A program made the translations under genes and the position numbers. Positions 47,082 through 55,500 of a stretch of 64,000 nt of DNA are shown piece by piece. The stretch is from Candidatus Poseidoniales archaeon (lineage in GTDB: Archaea > Thermoplasmatota > Poseidoniia > Poseidoniales > Poseidoniaceae), in assembly GCA_038106355.1 (NCBI GenBank), contig JAYODQ010000008.1, positions 3,904-67,903 of the forward strand, written 5' to 3'. The notes under the pieces were generated by a model. The model saw only the letters and a program-made list of their open reading frames with translations. It had not been told where the DNA came from and searched no databases. Every line of letters starts with the position of its first letter. Within the stretch, counting starts at the first letter, position 1.

Positions 47082-47112
47082 ACTCAATTAAGGTGGACCT
47101 TGTAGGCTGCCT

Positions 47113-47832
47113 GTGGAAGACATCGTCTTGACAGAACATTTTGAGGCCACCACGTTAGGGCCACAAAAATTCGGAATCGTTTTGCTGTTGTTTTCTTGGT
47201 CACTCCTTCCAGTTGGATTTGCAATGATGATATTTTTGTTTCAAGATTTCATCGAACTTCAAAACTATTTTGTCATGGCTGGGTTAACCATCCAAGTCGT
47301 TGCACTTTTTTTCGCAGTTGAAAAAACACCGAATCGATTACTATTGTTGACAAGTCAATGGAGGTTTGCCCTCTTTTTTGTTTCGATTTCGCTCGCATTT
47401 ACCATTTTCTTTCAGTCCATTTGGCCTTCAACCTCTGGAGATATAGCTTCGTTTTGGTGGCTCCCACTTACCCTCGGAACTGCCTCGGTGTTTACGACCT
47501 ATGCTGCATTGAACACGGCATCATCATCATCACGATTCGTCTATGAGGTGCCATGTTCCTACAAGTCCAACTTCGATTTTTCTGGCGAGTTAGCATGGAA
47601 GGTTGAATCGGCTGTTTTTCGCCACGGCATACTTGCATATGTCAAACTGGACTGGGAATCGGTGCTTGCAGTTGTGGGAAAGAGTTCACAACATGATCCT
47701 CCATCAGCATTCATTCGTTGCGTGTTGTTATCTACTTCTTCCGTCGAGCAAATTCAAGAGACTGTTGGTCTCATCAAATTTTCAGGCTCAATGATTGGTC
47801 CATCTTCAAAGATGAGCGATGAGGAATCATAA
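47113..47832 (+). CDS. Hypothetical membrane protein
   Basis: GTG start. Four to five TM helices, then a soluble C-terminal domain. No family recognised. Confidence 0.45.
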   Translation: MEDIVLTEHFEATTLGPQKFGIVLLLFSWSLLPVGFAMMIFLFQDFIELQNYFVMAGLTIQVVALFFAVEKTPNRLLLLTSQWRFALFFVSISLAFTIFFQSIWPSTSGDIASFWWLPLTLGTASVFTTYAALNTASSSSRFVYEVPCSYKSNFDFSGELAWKVESAVFRHGILAYVKLDWESVLAVVGKSSQHDPPSAFIRCVLLSTSSVEQIQETVGLIKFSGSMIGPSSKMSDEES

Positions 47833-47877
47833 ACTTCAACAGTCATGCTAAAGAACCCACCGCGTTGGGTATAATTC

Positions 47878-48357
47878 ATGGATGTAACCATTTTACTAGG
47901 GTCCTCTTCAGACCTACCCGTTGCCAAGAAATGTACCGCGATACTAGAACAATTTGGAGTCCCACATCAATTGCGAGTGGCTTCAGCACACCGCTCCCCT
48001 AAATTTGTTGAAGAAATTGTTCATGACGCCGAAGAAGCAGGTTGCATGGTCTTCGTGGCCATGGCTGGATTAGCAGCAGCACTACCTGGTGCGGTGGCAT
48101 CCCTTACAACAAAACCAGTCATTGGTGTACCTTGTGGTGGCAAAGTTCCATTCGATTCTCTGCTCTCCATCGCTCAGTTGCCCCCTGGCGTTCCAGCAGC
48201 AACCGTTGGTGTTGACCGAGGAGATAATGCTGGATATCTTGCTGTTCAAATGCTAGCACTTCAAAATGAATCGTACGCTGCAGCACTCAAGCAAAACAAG
48301 CTCGACCAAATCGAGAAAGTCAAAGCACAAGATCGAGAAATCAATAGTGGTGAATAA
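47878..48357 (+). CDS. purE: N5-carboxyaminoimidazole ribonucleotide mutase / AIR carboxylase catalytic subunit
   Basis: ILLGSSSDLPV, ASAHRSP, AGLAAALPG, PVIGVP. 159 aa. Confidence 0.92.
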   Translation: MDVTILLGSSSDLPVAKKCTAILEQFGVPHQLRVASAHRSPKFVEEIVHDAEEAGCMVFVAMAGLAAALPGAVASLTTKPVIGVPCGGKVPFDSLLSIAQLPPGVPAATVGVDRGDNAGYLAVQMLALQNESYAAALKQNKLDQIEKVKAQDREINSGE

Positions 48358-48359
48358 GC

Positions 48360-49307
48360 ATGTTCGATGCAACTGATTTCATACAGGAATCAGTTGAAAA
48401 CATGAAGGCAACCATCGATGATATCGCCATCATTGCATGTTCTGGAGGTGTCGATTCGACAGTTGCTGCTGTGCTTGCCCACAAAGCGGTGGGAAATTTA
48501 TTGCACTGCGTCTATGTCGACACAGGCTTCATGCGAAAGAATGAAACCGAAGAAATCGAAAACATGTTATCTGATTTGGGTATTCAACTCTTGACTGTGA
48601 AGGCAGCAGATCGATATTTTTCTGCACTCAAAGACATCACCGAGCCCGAACAGAAAAGAAAAATCATTGGCGAACTTTTCATTCGAATTTTCGAGGAAGA
48701 GCAAGTCAAGTGTGGTGCCAAATACCTCATCCAAGGAACTATCGCCCCAGATTGGATTGAATCTGGTGGTGGTGTTCGAGACACCATCAAATCTCATCAC
48801 AATGTTGGTGGTCTACCAGAAGATATGACCCTTGAAGTGGTCGAGCCATTACGAGAATTGTACAAAGACGAAGTGAGGGAACTTGCCCGTACCCTCGATA
48901 TCAAAGTCTCAGAGCGTCAACCATTTCCCGGCCCAGGTCTTGCTGTTCGAACCTTGGGTGAACTCACACCAGAACGAGTCGAAGTTGTACGAGAAGCTTG
49001 TGCCATCGTGGAAGAAGAGTTTGAAAAAGCGTCATCAGAAGGTTTGATGGAATTGCCTTGGCAGTATTATGCTGCTCTCTTACCTGTTCGTTCAGTAGGA
49101 GTTCATGGTGATGTACGTGCTTATGGTGAAACTATTGTTGTTCGTGCCGTTCGAAGTATGGATGGAATGTCAGCGAGGTATTCTGAAATTCCTCACAGCA
49201 TTCTTCAAAAAGTTTCAACACGAATTACAAACACCTGCAAAGGTGCAGTAAATCGAGTGGTGTATGATATTACACACAAGCCCCCGGGTACGATTGAATG
49301 GGAATGA
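48360..49307 (+). CDS. guaA: GMP synthase, ATP-pyrophosphatase subunit B (split archaeal form)
   Basis: PP-loop SGGVDSTV, KSHHNVGGLP, EPLRELYKDEVR, QPFPGPGLAVR, C-terminal dimerisation domain ending in TIEWE. No glutaminase domain in this ORF. Confidence 0.92.
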   Translation: MFDATDFIQESVENMKATIDDIAIIACSGGVDSTVAAVLAHKAVGNLLHCVYVDTGFMRKNETEEIENMLSDLGIQLLTVKAADRYFSALKDITEPEQKRKIIGELFIRIFEEEQVKCGAKYLIQGTIAPDWIESGGGVRDTIKSHHNVGGLPEDMTLEVVEPLRELYKDEVRELARTLDIKVSERQPFPGPGLAVRTLGELTPERVEVVREACAIVEEEFEKASSEGLMELPWQYYAALLPVRSVGVHGDVRAYGETIVVRAVRSMDGMSARYSEIPHSILQKVSTRITNTCKGAVNRVVYDITHKPPGTIEWE

Positions 49308-49344
49308 GATGTTCCTTTCAACACGGTAAGAAAAGTCGTTTTTG

Positions 49345-49417
49345 CGCCGATTGTGGGGCTCGAACCCACGACCTTGGGATTAACAGTCCCACGCTCCACC
49401 AGCTAAGCTAAATCGGC
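49345..49417 (-). tRNA. tRNA-Asn (anticodon GUU)
   Basis: The reverse complement folds as acceptor GCCGATT/AATCGGC, D stem GCTT/GAGC, anticodon stem TGGGA/TCCCA with loop CTGTTAA, T arm GTGGG-TTCGAGC-CCCAC, discriminator G. 73 nt. Confidence 0.95.
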
Positions 49418-49468
49418 AAGTCCACCGAAAAAGCCCCCCTTTATCATGACTTCGTTTCAATCAATTCC

Positions 49469-50791
49469 TTAGGAAACTGTTGAATGTAATCGGGATACAA
49501 CATGTAGAGGTTGATTTTGTATTGAATAGCAGTTGGAGAAAAAAATCATTTCTTTTTCACTGAGGGCATGTGAATGATGAACTGTGAGAACGACATCGTC
49601 TTTAGCTACCTTGTCACCAATGTGAGAATGGATGACAATTCCAACGGCATGGTCGATGTTGTCACTGAGATTGACACGTCCAGCACCCATTGTTCGTAGG
49701 TGCTCAGCGAGACCCATTGCATCAAACATTGACACATAGCCGGATGTCGAGGCTTTCACATGTGTTTTCATTCTTGATGTAGGCAACACCATTTCTGGTT
49801 TTGATACAAGTTGCTCAACTGTCTGTTTTGGCACACCCTGTGCAATACACATGGCTTTGAAGACATCCATCGCTTCGCCATTGGCTAGAACTTGACGAAT
49901 CATTTCACGACCCTCCTCCTCAGCAGGTGCGAGACCTGACAAGTGCAGTAATGCTCCGCCTTGAATGACCACGAGTTCTTTTGTATCTTCATGACCGTGT
50001 CCATTCAACACATGAATGGATTCAATCACCTCGAGTGCATTCCCAATGTGACTTCCAATGGGCTGATCCATGTGTGTGAGTTGAGCCACTGTTTTGATAC
50101 CACAACCGTTTCCAACCTCAACCATCGATCGGGCAAGTGCTCTTGCCTCCTCGAGTGTTTTCATAAATGCTGCAGAACCAAATTTGACATCCAAAACGAG
50201 GGCATCCAAACCTTCTGCCGACTTTTTCGATAGAATCGATGCTGTGATAAGTTGAATATTGTCAATGGTGTGTGTGACATCCCTCAAAGCATACAATCGA
50301 CCATCGGCTGGTGCGATATTGGAGTTTTGAGCAACGATGCAACAACCCACCTTTTCAACGATGGCTTTCATCTCCTCGGGAGTTTTGATGCATGAAAAAT
50401 GCGGAATGGATTCGAGTTTGTCGATGGTTCCACCTGTATGGCCTAAACTGCGCCCAGCGAGCATAGGTACTCGAAGACCACAAGCTGCGAGGGCAGGGGC
50501 TAGCATGATGGACATTTTATCCCCGACACCACCCGTGCTATGTTTGTCGACAACTGGTTTGTCACCTTGCCAGGTTAATGTTGCACCTGATTCTCGCATT
50601 GCCGTCGTAAGGTGAACGACATCTTCACTTGAGCAACCATATTGATGCATTGTCTGCAACCAAAGCACGACAAGTTCTTGCAAAATTGAATCGTTTTTGA
50701 CGTGCGAAATGAACTCAAAAATATCTTGTTTCTCTTGGTTTCGTCCTTCTTGAATTGAAGAAATCATCGATGAAATCTTGCTTTCATCCAT
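49469..50791 (-). CDS. deoA: Thymidine / pyrimidine-nucleoside phosphorylase
   Basis: DKHSTGGVGDK, MLAGRSLGHTGGTIDKLE, typical 440-aa length. Lacks the N-terminal extension of archaeal AMP phosphorylase. Confidence 0.88.
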   Translation of the reverse strand: MDESKISSMISSIQEGRNQEKQDIFEFISHVKNDSILQELVVLWLQTMHQYGCSSEDVVHLTTAMRESGATLTWQGDKPVVDKHSTGGVGDKMSIMLAPALAACGLRVPMLAGRSLGHTGGTIDKLESIPHFSCIKTPEEMKAIVEKVGCCIVAQNSNIAPADGRLYALRDVTHTIDNIQLITASILSKKSAEGLDALVLDVKFGSAAFMKTLEEARALARSMVEVGNGCGIKTVAQLTHMDQPIGSHIGNALEVIESIHVLNGHGHEDTKELVVIQGGALLHLSGLAPAEEEGREMIRQVLANGEAMDVFKAMCIAQGVPKQTVEQLVSKPEMVLPTSRMKTHVKASTSGYVSMFDAMGLAEHLRTMGAGRVNLSDNIDHAVGIVIHSHIGDKVAKDDVVLTVHHSHALSEKEMIFFSNCYSIQNQPLHVVSRLHSTVS

Positions 50792-50800
50792 GCCATCAAC

Positions 50801-51745
50801 TCATGATGCGAGTCCGATTTCTTTGAGTCGCTGGTAGAGAAAATCGCCTGCCTTGATGTTTGGATATTGAGCAATGCCTCCAGTCATTTCGATAAATTCA
50901 GGCAATGGCGATAGGTCAATTTCATTTCTTGGGTGAACGAACATTGGCATAGAATACCGTCTGGTGGATGCATCTTGCGGGTTCACCACGCGATGGGTTG
51001 TCGAACGAAAGAACCCATTGGTCAAGTTTTGAATCATATCGCCGGTATCGACAATGATGTGTTCTTCATTTCCCTGTACTTGAATCCATGAACCATCATG
51101 GTCCATCACTTCCAAACCATCAGCTGTAGCAGTGACAAGGAGTGTGATGAAATTGATATCCTCATGGGCTGCTGACCTTACAGCACCTTGTGGGACCTCA
51201 TGACCAAGTGGAGGATAATGGATAAGTCGCATAATGGTGTTTCCCATGTGTGTCATGTCTGGCAACCAATGCTCATCTTTGCCAAGGGCGAGTGAACATG
51301 CTCTGAGCAATTCAACCGAGAGGTGAAGCATTTGACCATACAATTGGTCGATGATTTTTCGAAACTCAGGCACGACATCATCTGGCCAAATATTTGCTGG
51401 AAATGAAGTATCGAATTCCTCCATGGATGGCAGACCCGTTTGCCAGAATTCCTTCAAGTCAGGTGCAATTTGGTCTTTTGCATGTTCTGTTCCAAAGGGC
51501 GTGTAGCCTCTTTGGTGGTGGATAGATGGTTGGGAAAATGGCAACTTTTGCGATTCATCGAGGTCAAAAAACAAGTCGCATTGGCTGTATGCATCACGAA
51601 TCAGTTGAATTGGGATGCCATGGTTTTTGAGAGCAAAGAATCCAATATTGGAGAGAGCATCTTTGAGCCCGTGTACGAAAGCATGTTTTGCTGCTGTATC
51701 TCCATGAGCGAAGTCGAAGAAGTCCAATTCAGGAATTGCCTCCAT
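50801..51745 (-). CDS. 2-oxoglutarate/Fe(II)-dependent oxygenase (IPNS/DIOX_N family)
   Basis: N-terminal DIOX_N pattern (GFFALKNHGIP), facial triad AHEDINFITLL ... TTHRV, 2OG-binding RYSMPMF. Confidence 0.85.
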   Translation of the reverse strand: MEAIPELDFFDFAHGDTAAKHAFVHGLKDALSNIGFFALKNHGIPIQLIRDAYSQCDLFFDLDESQKLPFSQPSIHHQRGYTPFGTEHAKDQIAPDLKEFWQTGLPSMEEFDTSFPANIWPDDVVPEFRKIIDQLYGQMLHLSVELLRACSLALGKDEHWLPDMTHMGNTIMRLIHYPPLGHEVPQGAVRSAAHEDINFITLLVTATADGLEVMDHDGSWIQVQGNEEHIIVDTGDMIQNLTNGFFRSTTHRVVNPQDASTRRYSMPMFVHPRNEIDLSPLPEFIEMTGGIAQYPNIKAGDFLYQRLKEIGLAS

Positions 51746-51792
51746 AGGCTCTCCAACCGGTCGATGGTATGTGAATTTGTTGATTTTGAGCC

Positions 51793-52587
51793 TTAATCAC
51801 TGCGTAATTTCACGATGAGTCGGACCATTTCAATGTAAATCCAAATCAGTGTGATAAGGAGGCCAAAAGCAGCATACCACTCAAATTTCTTTGGCGCTCC
51901 ATGACTGACAGACGACTGGATGAATCCAAAGTCACTCACGAGCATCAAACCCCCCACACCTAGAACCAGAACCGAGAATCCAATGCCGTATGGTCCATTG
52001 TCATGAAGGAAAGGCATTTGAGCACCGAAGAGTTGCATGATGAACGATATCAAGTACAACAACACGATGGTCAGAACCAAACTGTACACAATTTTGTTGA
52101 ATGTAGGTGTTGGTCGAATCACTTTGCTTGCGTAAAGGCCATACATCACTCCACAGAGGATTGCTGTTCCAAACACAGCCTGGAGTATCAATCCCGGAAA
52201 AATGATTTCCAAGACACTTGAAAGTCCACCAATAAACATGCCTTCTACTACGGCATAAATGGTCATCAAGGTTTGCGGATTTTCTGGCTGAGTAAAATAA
52301 ATGACAAGTACAAGAACAAACCCAACAATCGCTCCCATAGAAGTCAGTCCATAGACCAGAGCAAGATTTTCGAGCGAGGAAAGTGCGATCGCACTCGTTA
52401 TGATTGCACTCAAAAGCAGAATTCCAGTGAGGTAACCAATTTTATTCATCGTTCCCTCAAACGTCATTCTGTTGGAATCTTGCATATTTGACCAAAAATT
52501 GGTGTTCATTACCGGATTGCTGTTTGAATAGACCATGTGCCTCAACCACTGATTCGAGGAGTTCTCCTTTAATGTTATGATACTCAA
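51793..52587 (-). CDS. Bax-inhibitor-1/YccA-family membrane protein
   Basis: Seven TM. The N-terminal SNSNPVM motif is typical of the COG4760/BI-1-like group. The true start may be M18 (52536). Confidence 0.8.
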   Translation of the reverse strand: MSIITLKENSSNQWLRHMVYSNSNPVMNTNFWSNMQDSNRMTFEGTMNKIGYLTGILLLSAIITSAIALSSLENLALVYGLTSMGAIVGFVLVLVIYFTQPENPQTLMTIYAVVEGMFIGGLSSVLEIIFPGLILQAVFGTAILCGVMYGLYASKVIRPTPTFNKIVYSLVLTIVLLYLISFIMQLFGAQMPFLHDNGPYGIGFSVLVLGVGGLMLVSDFGFIQSSVSHGAPKKFEWYAAFGLLITLIWIYIEMVRLIVKLRSD

Positions 52588-55500
52588 GTGTTCTTTTCCG
52601 TTTGTTGTTGGTAATATTCGATGAGTTGGTCAACGGTCCATCCTTGGTCAAGATACTCATGTATCATATCTTCACCCCATCCGTGTAATTGCCGCTTTTG
52701 TGCTTCACTCAAACGAGGTCCATCCGCTTCTTCAACCTCGGATGCAAGCGAGCCATCAAGAACAGGTTGAATCCATTGCTTTTGTTGGATTGTCGTAAGT
52801 GAACCTACCTCAATTTCTGTTTCTTCATTGAATTCTGACTCAATGTATTCAACAGTCCCTAAATTATTCTTTTTTCTTGCCTGATAGGAGATAAATGCAC
52901 CAACAACAAAAAGAAGAGAAAAAACGAGAACATACAGCATAAGATCGCTTTCATCTTTCGAACCTTGCCCTGCATCAATACTCAACTGATTTTCTTGATC
53001 AGCGGTGCAACCCCTTGTGTTGACAAGTTGCCCGAGAGGTGATTCTGGGCAAACATCGATGTCATTTGTGACCCCATCTCCATCGGTATCAAGTGTGTTT
53101 CCTTCGGTGCCTTCCTCAATTTCGATGTCGGCTCGTTCGAGGGTACACCCCAACTCCTCCCCATCATCGATTCCATTTTCATTGGCATCAGACGAGGTCA
53201 GGGCAACATGTGGGTCAATTGATGGAGTTGAGGTATCTCTTGTCACAGCTTGTGCCCATTGAAGTTCAAGCCCATCGAGAATACAATCTCCATCGGTATC
53301 GGATGATAGAGGATTGCTTCTGTATTGATATTCAGCAAGATTTGGTAATCCATCTCCATCTGGGTCAGCTGCAGATTCAATGAAACTTTCTCCAACGACG
53401 GTGCGACGTGTTCGATGAAGTCCGTTTTCCTCCTCCCACTTGTCGTCAATCCCATCTAAATCTGAGTCAATGTCCTCCGAAAGCCGATTCCAGTCGGATA
53501 GCCAAGAATTTCGATACACTTGTGCTATGTCTTGATTTGAAAGAACAATCCCCATCTCTCGATTTCGAATGAGTGCCGAATCACCCCAATTAATGGATGA
53601 TATCAAGACTTTCTCACCATCGATAATCGCACCTTTGTTGTGCAGTTTCGTGATGAATTCGTCGGGTGACATAATAACCGCAGCAGTATCGTATCCTAAT
53701 GTTGCATTCCATTCTTCATTCATCAAATCGATCGAAGTTTGTATATCGCCGTCTAAAAATGCACCATTGAGAATGAGTCGAATTGTCACACCTCGTTCTG
53801 CAGCTTGTTGAAGTGATGAAATGATTGGATTTTCACCCCAACCATAAGACCAGTCCAAATCGAGATACTGCAAGGACAACAAAATTTCTTCATCCGAACT
53901 TTCAATGAGGTCACTTAAACCTTCAATGCACATGTCAGGACAAACAATGAGTTCGGCAGTTGCATCGACATCAAAGGGTTCAGTTGTTTGGCCAATCAAA
54001 CCAATGCCTTGGTCGAGTGTCCAACCATCTGGCTTGTCGGACAATGAAACATCCGTGAGATACATTCGGTCCACTTCTTCATCGGCCAAGAGGTGTTCAA
54101 GGACCAATTGAGCAAATTCTTGATTGTCAAGAATCATGCCCCACTCTCGATTCCCAGCTTCTCCAGTGACAGGAAGGGACGATTGCTTCCAGTTACCCGA
54201 ACCAATCCACACACTTGTTCCGTCGCGAACAGCAATTTTGCTGTGAAGATATGCATAGGGTCCATTGTAGGATTCACCAAACCACCGTACGTCGATTCCC
54301 GCCTGAAGAAGTGCAACGGCTATGCCTCTATTCTGGTCGAGTTCGTACTCGGTCCACCAGGTGTCCCCAGCATCGATGGTCACGGTGACCTCGACGCCTC
54401 GTTCGTGGGCATTGATGAGTGCCTCTGCAAGAACATCCGAGTGAAATTGATAGATGTGAATATGAAGAGTTTGCTCGGCTTGATTGATCCACGCGAGCAC
54501 ATCATGAATCCCAGAATCAGGACCGATGAGTGGAGTGATGGAGTATGTTCCGGAATGTACCCTTGTGCTACAGTGTGATGTACCACCCAGTAATTGCCAT
54601 CGGTGTTGCCAGTCATCGGCTTGGTCAGTGTCAACCATCATTTCACATCCATCGCCTCGAACATAGATGAGATTCTTCATGCCGCTCAAGGGGGCAACGA
54701 GACTCACGCCATTCCAACCAGATGACATGACAGGACCATTTTCGTAAACAACAGTATCTGCGATATTTCCAAATGGGTCTTCAAGTTGTATCGCAGCTCC
54801 TGAATTTGCGAGGTACATAGTGCGGTTGAGAACTTCTCCCATCCCTAGAATTGTGCCATCCTCATACACCGATATGGAAGCAACATCTGACGCTAAAATA
54901 ACTGAACTCATCGGCGGAATCATGAGTGTTCCAATCGACGTATTGAACGGAACCGACGTTGTCGAGATATGACGTAAGGTCCAACCCTGTAGCGAAGCAA
55001 ACGAGCCGCCGATGTTTGTAATTTCGATAAATTCCATATCGGTATCGATGTCGGTTGAAGCGTCTGGCATAATTCGTGTAAGTTTGATATCTTGGTAGGG
55101 TGCCAAATTTGAGAGGTCAGGCTCTTCTTCACCAGGTGTCGTCCAAGGCATCTTCGTCCAATTACCATTGACTTGGGCCATCGATTGACATTCAGTTACG
55201 ATGTCCCACTCGATGGTCATGATATGCTCGTGATCGGGGGTTCGAAGTTGAAATGAATCTCCCAAACCGGAAATAAACCACGGATGAAGTTGAATGACGA
55301 TGCGTTGTTGTGGTTCAACGATTGTTGAATTTGTTGAATCATTGGACCAAATATGGTCTGAGGTGATAAATGTGTAGACGCCCTCGTCATCCATCACTTG
55401 CCAGCGGGAGAGATTGATGGCCTCAACATCGTTGTTCATCACTTCAATCCAATCTTCAACAGGTGTTTGAGTTTCATCAGGGCAATAGGCAAAAATTTCG

